Assembly: GCA_965226795.1 (NCBI GenBank)
Contig: CBDDDZ010000004.1
Coordinates: 672,001-736,000 of the forward strand
Length of the DNA: 64,000 nucleotides
Source of the DNA: Candidatus Latescibacterota bacterium
GTDB taxonomy: Bacteria; Latescibacterota; UBA2968; GCA-2709665
Direction of reading: 5' to 3'
Every line of letters begins with the position of its first letter. The first letter of the stretch is position 1. This document shows positions 1-10,061 of the stretch, piece by piece. The notes beneath the pieces are model-generated. The model was not told where the DNA came from and searched no databases. It saw only the letters and a program-made list of their open reading frames with translations. Made by a program: the position numbers and the translations under genes.

Positions 1-495
1 AGGATCGTGGATATTTTGCGCCGTATGAACGTATCCATGGATATGGAGCAATACCGGACGGATTCCGGTTTTTCCGTGCGTCGAGTTCGGATCAGGGGGT
101 CCGAATTGCGTGGAATAAGAATCGCTGGCGCAAATGCCAGACTCTTCAGCGACGTGCTCCCACTCCTGGCGGTCGCGGGCGCGGTTTCGCGGGGTGAAAC
201 GATCATACGGGATGCCGAGGCGTTGAGAGACGGACCCGTAGACTGCATTTCGGTTTTGGTGGAAAACCTCAGGAAGATGCAGATTCAAGTCGGGGAGATG
301 CCGGATGGGATGGTTGTGAAGGGCGGGCAACTGCAGGGTGCCGAACTGGATGCCGGCGGCGACATCCGTGTGTCAATGGCACTCGCACTGGCGGCGCTGG
401 CGAGCGAAGGGGAAACACTTGTAATGAACGCCGGGCCCGTGGACCGGAATTTTCCGGGGATCACAAATCGACTGGCTACGGTATTGGAGACGTAA
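1..495 (+). CDS. aroA: EPSP synthase (AroA)-like protein, C-terminal part (5' end outside window); several catalytic motifs degenerate
   Basis: AroA C-terminal pattern (D-x-LP-x-LAV...GET-x-I...LR...GD-x-R-x-x-MA...NFP) next to aroE/aroK/aroB; RVKESDR reads RDGPVDC and DHR reads DIR. Confidence 0.75.
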   Translation, partial: RIVDILRRMNVSMDMEQYRTDSGFSVRRVRIRGSELRGIRIAGANARLFSDVLPLLAVAGAVSRGETIIRDAEALRDGPVDCISVLVENLRKMQIQVGEMPDGMVVKGGQLQGAELDAGGDIRVSMALALAALASEGETLVMNAGPVDRNFPGITNRLATVLET

Positions 496-587
496 GTCGT
501 TTGAATCGTTCAGGTGCCCGCCGCTTATGTTGGCGGCAGGGGCTGCACGAGACCACGTGGGTCAATCATCGGTACGAGGAGAGTCTT

Positions 588-728
588 ATGAGACTGGTTG
601 TCAGGTTGTTCCTTCTGGCGTTGCTCGTGTTCCTGGGAGGCGTGGTTTTTATTCGGTACACCTACAACTGTTCCTGGAAGGAGAGTTTTGCAATTGCCGA
701 CCAGTTTGTGTCGGACCTGACCCGTTGA
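588..728 (+). CDS. small (46 aa) single-TM hypothetical protein
   Basis: GAGGAG SD about 6 nt before ATG 588; hydrophobic helix LFLLALLVFLGGVVFI. Confidence 0.6.
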   Translation: MRLVVRLFLLALLVFLGGVVFIRYTYNCSWKESFAIADQFVSDLTR

Positions 729-976
729 GCAACGCGTTGCCCGTTGCGGTGCGGGGAATCTCAATCGGCCAGACGTAAAATCGGGTATCGCCGTGTTCTG
801 TCCCGGAAATAGATTGCCAGAATTCGGCAGCCGAGTCGCCCGGCTGGCAAGGCGCCTGAGCGAGGCGACCTGGGCAAGGTCGGCGAGCGATGGCAACGCA
901 GCGAGGCGGGATGAATCGGCGGATGAATGGTAACATATTTCTGGGACGGGACACTGATAGGTCAGGGGAGTCTGTT

Positions 977-1843
977 TTGAGTATTGTCTCAACCACGCGG
1001 TTGCTTGGGGTAATCGGGGATCCCATTGCCCATTCGTTATCGCCGGACATGCACAATGCGGCCATAAGGAATCTTGAAATAGACTACTGTTACGTAGCCT
1101 TTCACGTATTGCCGGATGGGGTTGAATCGGCGCTTCAGGGTATGCGCGCCCTGCAGATCCGGGGTTTGAACGTAACCCTTCCACACAAGACTGCGGTGAT
1201 GGCGCACCTGGACCGGATTTCGGTAGAAGCGCTGGCCGTGGGCGCGGTGAATACGATTTCTTTCAGGGACGGCGAACTGGTCGGGTACAATACCGACGTG
1301 TACGGGTTGGCTACCGCGCTGGAGCGGACCGCGGGCCTCGCCGTGCTGCCGGAGCATTGCGTGATTCTCGGCGCGGGCGGCGTGGCGCGGGCTGCTGCTT
1401 ATGCGCTGGCTACGCAAAACGAGGTGCGGCGGGTGAGCATTCTCAATCGAACCGTTGCCCGGGCGGAGGCGCTCGCGCGTGATATGGAACGGACCACCGG
1501 CAAGTCCATCGACGCCGGCGATCTGACGACAGACACCCAGACGAGGCGGTTCGCGGATGCCGGCCTCGTCGTAAATTGTAATTCGCTGGGGATGTATCCG
1601 AACGTGGAGCGGACCCCCCTGGCGGATACAGACCCGATACACTCCCAACTGGTACTCTACGATACGGTTTTCAACCCGCTGGATACGCTGCTGATGCGGC
1701 AGTTTCGATCGGCGGGCGCGCCGGCTTTCGGAGGGCTGGACATGCTGGTGCACCAGGGTGCGAGTTCGTTTACCATCTGGACGGGAATCGAGCCGCCCGT
1801 CGACGTCATGAAGCAGGCGGTAATCGGCCGGTTTCGAGCGTAG
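977..1843 (+). CDS. aroE: shikimate dehydrogenase
   Basis: GDPIAHSLSP, GLNVTLPHK, AVNT, NTD, GAGG and GLDMLVHQG motifs; TTG start after GGGGAG is inferred. Confidence 0.93.
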   Translation: MSIVSTTRLLGVIGDPIAHSLSPDMHNAAIRNLEIDYCYVAFHVLPDGVESALQGMRALQIRGLNVTLPHKTAVMAHLDRISVEALAVGAVNTISFRDGELVGYNTDVYGLATALERTAGLAVLPEHCVILGAGGVARAAAYALATQNEVRRVSILNRTVARAEALARDMERTTGKSIDAGDLTTDTQTRRFADAGLVVNCNSLGMYPNVERTPLADTDPIHSQLVLYDTVFNPLDTLLMRQFRSAGAPAFGGLDMLVHQGASSFTIWTGIEPPVDVMKQAVIGRFRA

Positions 1844-1845
1844 CG

Positions 1846-2565
1846 GTGGCGCGGTCCAATCTGCAGGAACGCCGGGAAAAGCGGACCCTTGTGCGTCAGA
1901 TGTTCGACGGCATAGCCGGTACGTACGATCTGTTGAACCATCTGTTGAGCGCCGGCATGGATATTCTCTGGAGACGATGGACAGTCGACGCACTGGAATT
2001 GCAGGCAGGCTGGTGGATCCTGGACCTTGCAACGGGAACGGGGGATCTGGGCCTCGAAGCGGCGGCGCGTGATCCGGGAGTGCGGGTTGTGGGTGCGGAC
2101 CTGTCCCTGCCGATGCTTCGGCTTGGAAACAAAAAACTGAATAGAAGATCCGGCCAACAGTTTCTCTTATGTGGAGACGCGGAGCGGCTGCCGTTTCCCG
2201 ATGAGCGGTTTCATGCCGTAACGATTGGTTTCGGCGTACGGAACTTTTCGGAACTGTCCGTTGGCCTTCGGGAAATACAACGGGTTTTGCGCCCCGGAGG
2301 CCGGTTGGCAATTCTGGAGTTTTCCCGGCCCAGGGCGTTTCTATTGCGCAGGGTCTACTTTTTTTATTTTAAATTCATCCTGCCCGGGATCGGCCGGCTT
2401 GTTTCCCGGAATCCTCTGGCGTATCGGTATCTTTATGAGTCTGTTATGGATTTTCCTGAGGGAGAGGCATTCCGAAGCCGGCTGACGCAGGCCGGTTTTC
2501 TAGATCCGGTGGAACGTCGGTTGACCTTTGGGATTGCGACCATCTATTTGGCTTCAAAACCGTAA
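1846..2565 (+). CDS. menG: demethylmenaquinone/ubiquinone C-methyltransferase (UbiE/MenG)
   Basis: MFD-x-IA-x-x-YDLLN, LDLATGTGD, FGVRN, LEFS and AYRYL-x-ES motifs. Confidence 0.9.
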   Translation: MARSNLQERREKRTLVRQMFDGIAGTYDLLNHLLSAGMDILWRRWTVDALELQAGWWILDLATGTGDLGLEAAARDPGVRVVGADLSLPMLRLGNKKLNRRSGQQFLLCGDAERLPFPDERFHAVTIGFGVRNFSELSVGLREIQRVLRPGGRLAILEFSRPRAFLLRRVYFFYFKFILPGIGRLVSRNPLAYRYLYESVMDFPEGEAFRSRLTQAGFLDPVERRLTFGIATIYLASKP

Positions 2566-2583
2566 CGACTCTTTGCCCGTCAT

Positions 2584-2928
2584 ATGGTCGTTATTAATTC
2601 TTGCCCCAGTTTTATTGGGCGCATCGCTTGTGGCCTTTTGGCGGTTGCGGCAGAACGTGCCTGGCAACACCTGCGTGCGCATCGGTTTGATGGCTTTTAC
2701 TTTCGACGGCAACAAATCATCGACAGCTTTATTGTCGATTTCTACTGTCATTCAGTCGGATTGGCAATTGAAGTCGATGGCGAGGTTCGCCAGAATCAGG
2801 TTGCTTATGGTGCAAAACGAGACGGCATTCTCAAAGCGCGAGGATTCCAAGTTTTACGCATTGCAAATGTTGAAATTCGCACGAATTCAGATGGCGTTCT
2901 CCAATCAATCAGAGCTTATATAAAATAG
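2584..2928 (+). pseudogene. DUF559 (Vsr-like) endonuclease, probably decayed
   Basis: W-x-x-LR...FRRQ-x-x-I-x-x-FIVDFYC...IEVDG...RD-x-x-L...G-x-x-VLR; conserved His after EVDG missing; N-terminus eroded; visibly AT-richer than neighbours. Confidence 0.7.
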
Positions 2929-2951
2929 TGTATACTCAACACTTAGTTCAA

Positions 2952-2992
2952 CTCCCCCTTTCCTTGTAGGAGGGGAAACTGGGGGAGAGGTC
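2952..2992 (+). repeat. REP-like C-rich/G-rich element
   Basis: ctccccctttccttgtaggaggggaaactgggggagaggtc; a related 41-nt copy lies at 51679-51719. Confidence 0.65.
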
Positions 2993-2999
2993 ATCCTTT

Positions 3000-4703
3000 A
3001 TGGTCAATCCTTTTATTGAAGAAATCGTATCGCTTGTGTCAAAAGCGACTGACATGCGCCCCGATGAGGTGAGGGCGCTGATCGAGGTCCCTCCAAAACC
3101 CACTATGGGGGATTACACCCTTCCGTGTTTCAGGCTTGCAAAAACGCTGCGAAAGGCGCCGAATCAGATCGCCGCGGATCTTGGGGAGCGGGTACGGACG
3201 GGCGGACGCATCGCCCGGGTCAGGGCTGAGGGCCCATATCTCAACATTTTCGTTAGCCAGACCGAATTTGTGCGGGAGACGCTTTCGGAAATTCTCGCAA
3301 GGGGCGAGCAATTCGGACGGAGCGAGGCAGGCGCGGGGAAAACGATCGTGGTCGATTTTTCGTCACCGAATATCTCCAAGCCATTCACTATAGCCCACAT
3401 CCGTTCGACAGCGATCGGAAATTCGCTCTGCAGGATATACAGGGCCCTCGGTTGGAACGTGCTCGGTATCAATCACCTTGGTGACTGGGGCGCCCCACAC
3501 GGGATGAATATCGCGGCGTACAAACGCTGGGGAGACGAGAACGCGGTTCGCAGGAATCCGGCCTATGAGCTATTTAATTTGTACGTAAAATTCAATACCG
3601 AGATGGAACGGGATCCGTCTCTCAGAGACGACGTGAAGGACTGGACCAGGAAGCTGGAGGCGGGCGATGCCGAGGCGCTCAGACTCTGGAATTGGTTCAG
3701 GGACGAGACCATAAAGGACTTCAAGCGAATTTATGAATTAATGGACGTGGAATTTAGCGAATATACAGGAGAGAGTTTTTTTCACGATAAGGTGGGGCCG
3801 GTTGTCGACGAACTCAAGGCGAAGGGGCTGGCCGTGGAGAGTGAGGGCGCCCTCGTGGTGATGCTGGACGATGAAGATATGCCTCCGGCCATCATCCAGA
3901 CCGGACACGATACCAGCGTCTATCTCACGCGGGATCTGGCCGCTGCGATTTACCGCAAGCAAACCTACGACTTCGATAAGTTGATCTATGCGACCGACGC
4001 CGGGCAGTCCCTGCATTTTCGGCAGCTTTTCAAGGTGTTGGAACGGATGGGCTATGAGTGGGCGAAAGACTGTGTGCACGTCCCGTTCGGTATCATTTCC
4101 TTCAAAGACGGAAGGATGTCTACGCGCAGGGGCAACGTGATTTTCCTGGAGGATGTGCTGAACCGTGCGATAGAGCTGACACGGGATATTATAGAGGACA
4201 AGAATCCGGATCTTCCCAATAAAGACGGGATCGCCCGGGATGTGGGCATCGGCGCGGTGGTCTACGCGGATCTCGATTCCCGCCGGACGCGGGACGTGGT
4301 GTTCGACTGGGATGAGATCCTTAACTTTAACGGCGAGACCGGCCCCTACGTCCAATATACCCATGCGCGTTATCGCAGTGTCCTACGTAAATACGGAGGC
4401 GCCGTGCCGCCGCCCGATGCAGACCTTTCTCTGTTAACCGAACCCGAGACGGTGGCGGTGGTCAAGTGCCTGGAACGGTATCCGGCGCGAATCCGGAACG
4501 CGGCCGAGGCCTGCGAGCCGTCTCTGATTGCCGGGTTCCTGATCGAACTCTGTACAGAGGCGAACCGGTTTTACAACGCCCACCGGGTCATTTCGGATGA
4601 CCTGACCCTGACGCGGGCGCGCATCGCCCTGGTTTATTCCATCACTGTCGTGCTGTCGGCCGGCCTTCATCTGCTCGGGTTGCGGGCCCCCGAGGAGATG
4701 TGA
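3000..4703 (+). CDS. argS: arginine--tRNA ligase
   Basis: DFSSPN, AHIRS (HIGH variant), NHLGDWG, MSTRRGN and GPYVQYTHAR motifs. Confidence 0.97.
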   Translation: MVNPFIEEIVSLVSKATDMRPDEVRALIEVPPKPTMGDYTLPCFRLAKTLRKAPNQIAADLGERVRTGGRIARVRAEGPYLNIFVSQTEFVRETLSEILARGEQFGRSEAGAGKTIVVDFSSPNISKPFTIAHIRSTAIGNSLCRIYRALGWNVLGINHLGDWGAPHGMNIAAYKRWGDENAVRRNPAYELFNLYVKFNTEMERDPSLRDDVKDWTRKLEAGDAEALRLWNWFRDETIKDFKRIYELMDVEFSEYTGESFFHDKVGPVVDELKAKGLAVESEGALVVMLDDEDMPPAIIQTGHDTSVYLTRDLAAAIYRKQTYDFDKLIYATDAGQSLHFRQLFKVLERMGYEWAKDCVHVPFGIISFKDGRMSTRRGNVIFLEDVLNRAIELTRDIIEDKNPDLPNKDGIARDVGIGAVVYADLDSRRTRDVVFDWDEILNFNGETGPYVQYTHARYRSVLRKYGGAVPPPDADLSLLTEPETVAVVKCLERYPARIRNAAEACEPSLIAGFLIELCTEANRFYNAHRVISDDLTLTRARIALVYSITVVLSAGLHLLGLRAPEEM

Positions 4704-4972
4704 GTCACGGATAGCCGTACCACCCTTCCGAAAACGGCGCTGAACGCCATCGGAATCCTGATTTCGTCATTATTGAAGGCACCCTGGAGATATTTTTCTC
4801 AGAGGTGGTTGTGAATGGAAACCGGACTGGCTGCGCTTGATTCTGTTACCCCGTTAATGAAGGGGCGACACGCACGCCATTGTACTTCATCCAGAAAGAA
4901 TTCCGCGCCGATCGTAGCCGCTCAGATCAATTGTACAGATCGCCACGCGCGGGCATGGCGGGGGCCCGTGCC

Positions 4973-5518
4973 GTGAACCGGTTGCAGGGCAGACAGATTT
5001 TCCTGACGGGGTTCATGGCGACCGGCAAGAGCAAGATCGGGCGGATTCTGGCGCAGCGCCTGGGTCGGATATTTGTAGATACCGATGCGTTGATCGTGGA
5101 GACGGCCGGGAAGTCGATACCCCGGATCTTTGCGGAAGACGGAGAGACCGCCTTCCGTCGTATCGAGCGCAGTTGCGTGGTGCGGGCGGCCGGGATGAGG
5201 GAGGCCGTGATTGCTCTGGGTGGCGGCGCGGTCACACACGAGGAGAACCGGGATACGATTCGCGCATCCGGTGTGTGCCTGTGTCTGCGGGCATCTGCTG
5301 AGACCATCTTCACGCGCCTGCGCAGGACAGAAGGAGAACGGCCGCTGATGGCTGGATTGAACGATGAAGACCGGATGGCAAAGATCCGGTCGATGCTGGC
5401 CGCCCGGGCGCCGTTTTACGACCGTGCGGATGTATTCGTGGAGTCGACGGAGTGTCGCACGCTGGAAGAGACCGTTGAACTGGCAGTGTCGGCTTTGGAA
5501 GGTCTTGAATTGCAATAA
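4973..5518 (+). CDS. aroK: shikimate kinase
   Basis: GFMATGKS P-loop, DTD, GE-x-x-FR-x-x-E, GGG and RPL; start at GTG 4973 is inferred. Confidence 0.93.
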   Translation: MNRLQGRQIFLTGFMATGKSKIGRILAQRLGRIFVDTDALIVETAGKSIPRIFAEDGETAFRRIERSCVVRAAGMREAVIALGGGAVTHEENRDTIRASGVCLCLRASAETIFTRLRRTEGERPLMAGLNDEDRMAKIRSMLAARAPFYDRADVFVESTECRTLEETVELAVSALEGLELQ

Positions 5519-5567
5519 GGATGTTGGAAGACCACTGCCTATGGGATCTCAAGTCGTACAGAGCAGT

Positions 5568-6671
5568 ATGCAGACCGTGCAGGTCGACCTGGGCAGTCGC
5601 AGTTATCCGATCCTGATTGGATACGGGATCCTGTCTGAATTCGGCGAGGCGTACGCGGCGGCCGGATTGGGTTCGACTGCGGCGATCGTGACCAACCCGA
5701 CAGTGGCGCCGCTCTACCTGGATCCGGTCAGGGCCGGACTGGTGGCGCGGGGTGTGGCTGTGACGGTGGTGGAGATTCCGGATGGAGAGGAATTCAAGAC
5801 ACTGGAGACGGCAGGGCGGATATATGGCGAACTGATTCAGGCCGGCCTGGATCGGCGGAGTTGTATCGTAACGCTGGGGGGCGGTGTTGTGGGAGATACG
5901 GCCGGATTCGTGGCGGCGACGTATCTGCGCGGAATCGATTTCGTACAGGTCCCCACCACCCTGGAGGCGCAGGTCGATGCCAGCGTCGGCGGGAAAACAG
6001 GGGTGGATCACCCGCTGGGAAAGAATATGATCGGAGCATTTTATCAGCCGAAGCTGGTCTATGTTGACACGGAAACGCTGATGACCCTACCCAGGAGGGA
6101 GGTGGCTGCCGGGATGGCTGAGGTAATCAAACACGGATTGATCCGCGACGTGGGACTCGTGGAAGTCCTGGAAAATTCGATCGAGATGGTGGCGGATCTG
6201 GCGATCGAACCGGAACAGTTGGTCAGGTTAATCGCGCGAAACTGCCGCATTAAGGCCGATGTCGTGGCGGCGGATGAGACCGAGGCGGGATTACGGGAAA
6301 TCCTCAACTATGGTCACACGGTGGGACACGCCATAGAGGCGGTAACGAATTACACGGTTTACAAACACGGAGAGGCCGTATTGCTGGGCATGCTCGCCGC
6401 GGGTAGAATCGGGGTCATCAAGGGGTTCTGGGAACACGCGGAACTGGAACGGCAGAACGCGTTAATCGGAAGACTCGGGATTCCGTCCGGCGCCGGCATA
6501 CTCGTAGCAGACGAACTGATCGGACGAATGGCGAGCGACAAGAAAGCGCGGGATGGGGTGATCCGGTTTGTCCTGCCGGAGGCGATCGGCCGTGGGGTGT
6601 CGTGCGACACCGTGAATAGACAGGAGATCGAGGACGGGATTCGGTATATGCAGGACCGTTCAGACCGATAG
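5568..6671 (+). CDS. aroB: 3-dehydroquinate synthase
   Basis: GGGVVGD, VPTTL, DASVGGKTG, KNMIGAFYQP, LNYGHT and HGEAV; start inferred. Confidence 0.96.
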   Translation: MQTVQVDLGSRSYPILIGYGILSEFGEAYAAAGLGSTAAIVTNPTVAPLYLDPVRAGLVARGVAVTVVEIPDGEEFKTLETAGRIYGELIQAGLDRRSCIVTLGGGVVGDTAGFVAATYLRGIDFVQVPTTLEAQVDASVGGKTGVDHPLGKNMIGAFYQPKLVYVDTETLMTLPRREVAAGMAEVIKHGLIRDVGLVEVLENSIEMVADLAIEPEQLVRLIARNCRIKADVVAADETEAGLREILNYGHTVGHAIEAVTNYTVYKHGEAVLLGMLAAGRIGVIKGFWEHAELERQNALIGRLGIPSGAGILVADELIGRMASDKKARDGVIRFVLPEAIGRGVSCDTVNRQEIEDGIRYMQDRSDR

Positions 6672-6792
6672 GTCTACAGGTTGCGATCAGGAGATCGGAC
6701 GGCGCCGTGTTTCGTCTCCCCGAGGAACGGACGCGGTCGATCTGCACCGCCTCAATCTGGCTCGGCCCACTGACCCGTTGAAACGTTCCTCT

Positions 6793-7296
6793 TCAACGGG
6801 TCAGTTGTTTGATAACCGCGCTGTGTTCGGGAAAGCTCCGAATCAGATCGGCCCGGTTCGCCAGTTCAAAGTCTTTAAATTCGAAACCGGGGGCAACCGT
6901 GCCGCCCACCAGCGCGTATGAGCCGGGCTCATTCAGCGTAGCTCCGTACCAGCAGCGGGGGTTGATGACCGCCGTGAACGATTCATCGTCTTCGGGGTTG
7001 TTGCCTAGCAGGATTCGGTTGTATTCGCCGCTTTGATCGATTGTATGGATGGTGATGGACGATCCCGCATAGAAGTGCCAGACTTCGTCGGATTGAATGC
7101 GGTGAAGGGTGGAAAAGTCGTCGCCCTCAAGCAGGAAGTAGATGGCGGTTGAAAACGATCGGGGGCCGTTGAACCGCTCCGGGAGGGCCTGAGCCGCAAT
7201 GGTCTCCTCCGAACGGTATATTTCCCGATAAAAGCCGCCTTCGGGATGCTTTCTGAGTTTCAACTTTGAGATCCAGTAATCGGCACTCTGGCTCAT
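6793..7296 (-). CDS. DUF985 cupin superfamily protein
   Basis: HPEGGFYRE, TAIYFLL, HRI-x-SDEVWHFY and VAPGFEF. Confidence 0.9.
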   Translation of the reverse strand: MSQSADYWISKLKLRKHPEGGFYREIYRSEETIAAQALPERFNGPRSFSTAIYFLLEGDDFSTLHRIQSDEVWHFYAGSSITIHTIDQSGEYNRILLGNNPEDDESFTAVINPRCWYGATLNEPGSYALVGGTVAPGFEFKDFELANRADLIRSFPEHSAVIKQLTR

Positions 7297-7416
7297 GGCT
7301 ATTGGAAAAACCTGCGGAACGCGGGCGAGACAATCTCACCTCTTTTGCTTTCTTTTAGAGGCGATCAGATGACAATCTCAGCTCCGGGGATGGCAACAAA
7401 ACGTGGCGATATGCGC

Positions 7417-8469
7417 CTATGCTATAACACCTCCCCCCAGACAAATGTCGCCATCGTAGAAGACGGCCGATTGTCCGGCGGCCACACCCGGATCCGTTTC
7501 CGACATTTGCACGTTCAGCCGGGTACCGCCGGCGGGCGCAATGCGACACGGGACGGTCCGGGGGCCGTGTCGGATTTTGACGTGAACGTCGCGCCGATCG
7601 GGGGCGCCGGAGATCCAGTTCGGGTTTGATACCGTGAAACGACTGGACGCCCGGTCCGCCAGGTGTGTCCTGTGGGACACGTAGATGACGTTTCCATGGG
7701 TGTCTTTCCTGACCACGTACCAGGGGCCGGCGGCAAGGCCCAGGCCTTCGCGCTGGCCGATGGTGTAAAACCAGTAACCCCGGTGGCGACCGAGCCGGGC
7801 GCCCGATTCCAGTTCGATGATGTCACCGGGCCTTTCTCCAAGATGCACCCTGACAAAGTCGGTGTAACTGATTTTCCCCAGAAAACAGATGCCCTGGCTG
7901 TCCTTGCGGTTGTGGTTGGGCAGACCGAAGTTCCGTGCGTGTTGCCGGACCTGCGGTTTGGTGAGATGCCCGATGGGGAAACATGCGCGTTTGAGCTGCG
8001 CCTGGCTGAGTGCGGAAAGAAAGTATGTCTGGTCCTTGACGGGGTCCGGCGCCCGCCTCAGGTAACAGGTACCGTCTAATTCGTCGATTCGGGCATAATG
8101 CCCCGAAGCGACTTTGTGGTAGCTGCTGTCGATTCGTTTGGCGAACTCACCGAATTTGATGCGCCGATTGCAGACGATGTCCGGGCTCGGCGTGCGTCCG
8201 GCTCTGAGTTCGGACACGGCGTGGGAGACCACCCGGTCCAGGTATTCGGCCTGAAGGGACACAATACGGAGCGGAACACCGGCCTGTTCGGAGACAGCGC
8301 GCACGTACTTGAGGTCTTCCTCCCAGGGGCAGTCGCCCAGGAAGGCCAGTTCGTCTTCAAGCCAGACCTTGAGGTAGAATGCGGTGATCTCGTGGCGCCG
8401 CTCTCTGCACAACAGGTTGAGGGCCACGGAACTGTCGACGCCGCCGGAGAGCAGGAGGGCGATTTTCAT
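7417..8469 (-). CDS. mnmA: tRNA 2-thiouridine(34) synthase
   Basis: SGGVDSSV, PD-x-x-CN, GHYA, KDQTYFL, DSQGICF, YTIGQR and GQSAVFY. Confidence 0.96.
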   Translation of the reverse strand: MKIALLLSGGVDSSVALNLLCRERRHEITAFYLKVWLEDELAFLGDCPWEEDLKYVRAVSEQAGVPLRIVSLQAEYLDRVVSHAVSELRAGRTPSPDIVCNRRIKFGEFAKRIDSSYHKVASGHYARIDELDGTCYLRRAPDPVKDQTYFLSALSQAQLKRACFPIGHLTKPQVRQHARNFGLPNHNRKDSQGICFLGKISYTDFVRVHLGERPGDIIELESGARLGRHRGYWFYTIGQREGLGLAAGPWYVVRKDTHGNVIYVSHRTHLADRASSRFTVSNPNWISGAPDRRDVHVKIRHGPRTVPCRIAPAGGTRLNVQMSETDPGVAAGQSAVFYDGDICLGGGVIA

Positions 8470-8604
8470 GGCTGGCTTCAAGATGCACCATCCGCGCAAA
8501 GCGAATTTTTCGAATATCAGGGAACGCGCCCGCTGTTACGCACCGGCTTCCGTAGTGTCCGTTCGAATATCGGCGATGAAGGCATCACAGGCAATATCCA
8601 CACC

Positions 8605-9954
8605 TTACTTCCCGCTCGTCGACCCGCCGCCGCTTCCGCAACGCGCGAGGCATTCGGCCAGCGGCTCTATTGTCCTCAAATCCGCGCAACGCAATACGGT
8701 CTCTACCAGGTGTTCAGCGCGGCATCCGTCCGTGACCTGATCGATGAGACGATGGGCCTTCGAGACGAGGTCGTTTAAGGTGACGCCGCTGTCCGGATCC
8801 CCGGGTGCGGGCAGCGGTCCTATGCTGTGTGTCCGCCCTCCCGAAGTAGTGACGATCACCCTTGCCAGGGCTTCCCCCGGGAATCGGGCCTCGATGTCCG
8901 GGTCGACGGACATTTCAACGCGGTCCGACAGGGCGAGGACCTCTTCATCGTTCATGCCGCGGCCGGCTATTTCGGGAACGCCAACCCGGCCGTGAACAAA
9001 GGCGCAGGCAACCGGATAGGGCAGGCTGTATTGGGCCTCTTCGGTGTTGGCCGGCCGGCGAGTCCCCAGATGGGTCGCGGCCTCAAAGGTTTCGATTCTG
9101 ACCGAGGCGATGTTGTCGGGTGTCAGATCGTGCCTGGTGCGGAGTTCGAGAGCGCCTGCGATGGCAGGTTGGGCCCAACGGCAGCACGGATAAAACTTGT
9201 AATAGACCCTTTCGATCCACCAGTCGGTCCCGAGAGTTTGCATCGATCCGCGGTACTCGTCCGCATATGGAGTCGCGCTCGTGCCCGTGAAACCGCGGGC
9301 CGCGAGCTGAGCGGCAGTGACGCCCACAAAGGCGCCCCAGTGGATACCGTCTTTCACCATGGCCGGATGACGCACGCAAATCATAATGGGCGCGAGGGGC
9401 GCGTGATATTCGGCAATGGCGAGCGCGTGTTCCACCTCTTGAGGTCCGAGTTTCAGCAGACGGGCGCAGGCGGCCGCGGCGCCGAGACTGCCCCACGATC
9501 CGGAACCGTGGTAACTGGGTCCCCTTTGGGGATGGCAGTGCCAGATCGTGCCGGCGCGCATGCCAACTTCGTAACCGATGGCCACCGCCGCAAGAAAATC
9601 GGCCCCCGAAGCGTTTTCGGCCTGTGCCATCGCAAGCGCCGCGGGGATGATGACCTCGCCCGGATGTCCCTTGGCCCCCCGGAACCCGTCGTCGACATCC
9701 AGCGCATTGGCGGCACAGGCGTTTGCCAGGGCGGCGCCTGTGCCGCTGCCTATCCTTCCTCGACCTGCGATCGTGGCTTCGTCGCCCGGGAAGGCCGTTG
9801 CGGCGTAGTCCGCCATAATATTCGCGGCGGGCGTGGCCGTGCCTGCAATGGTTGCGGCGAATAGGTCCAGAAGGTTCTTGCTCAGTAGCTTCCGAACCTC
9901 ATTCGGAAGATCGCCGTATCGGACGTGTGTGATGAAATCGTTTATCGGGTGCAA
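8605..9954 (-). CDS. MmgE/PrpD family protein, in frame with the upstream ORF to 10791
   Basis: AAL-x-NA..ALD-x-DD, GHPG, GYE, YYK-x-YPCC and AQYSLPY; about 450 codons from candidate TTG 9954. Confidence 0.85.
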   Translation of the reverse strand: MHPINDFITHVRYGDLPNEVRKLLSKNLLDLFAATIAGTATPAANIMADYAATAFPGDEATIAGRGRIGSGTGAALANACAANALDVDDGFRGAKGHPGEVIIPAALAMAQAENASGADFLAAVAIGYEVGMRAGTIWHCHPQRGPSYHGSGSWGSLGAAAACARLLKLGPQEVEHALAIAEYHAPLAPIMICVRHPAMVKDGIHWGAFVGVTAAQLAARGFTGTSATPYADEYRGSMQTLGTDWWIERVYYKFYPCCRWAQPAIAGALELRTRHDLTPDNIASVRIETFEAATHLGTRRPANTEEAQYSLPYPVACAFVHGRVGVPEIAGRGMNDEEVLALSDRVEMSVDPDIEARFPGEALARVIVTTSGGRTHSIGPLPAPGDPDSGVTLNDLVSKAHRLIDQVTDGCRAEHLVETVLRCADLRTIEPLAECLARCGSGGGSTSGK

Positions 9955-10061
9955 GTTGGTGAGGCGAATCCAAGAAGGTGATCGTGGACATGAGGCACGA
10001 AGACGGACTTTCAAGGTTCGACCGGGCTGATAGTACATTTGGAACGGTCCAGACGGGGCGC

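Noticed and set aside
1037..2311. Long antisense ORFs (also 14178-15380, 39828-41033, 44400-45959)
   Set aside because: Shadow frames of well-supported genes in GC-rich DNA, with no motifs.
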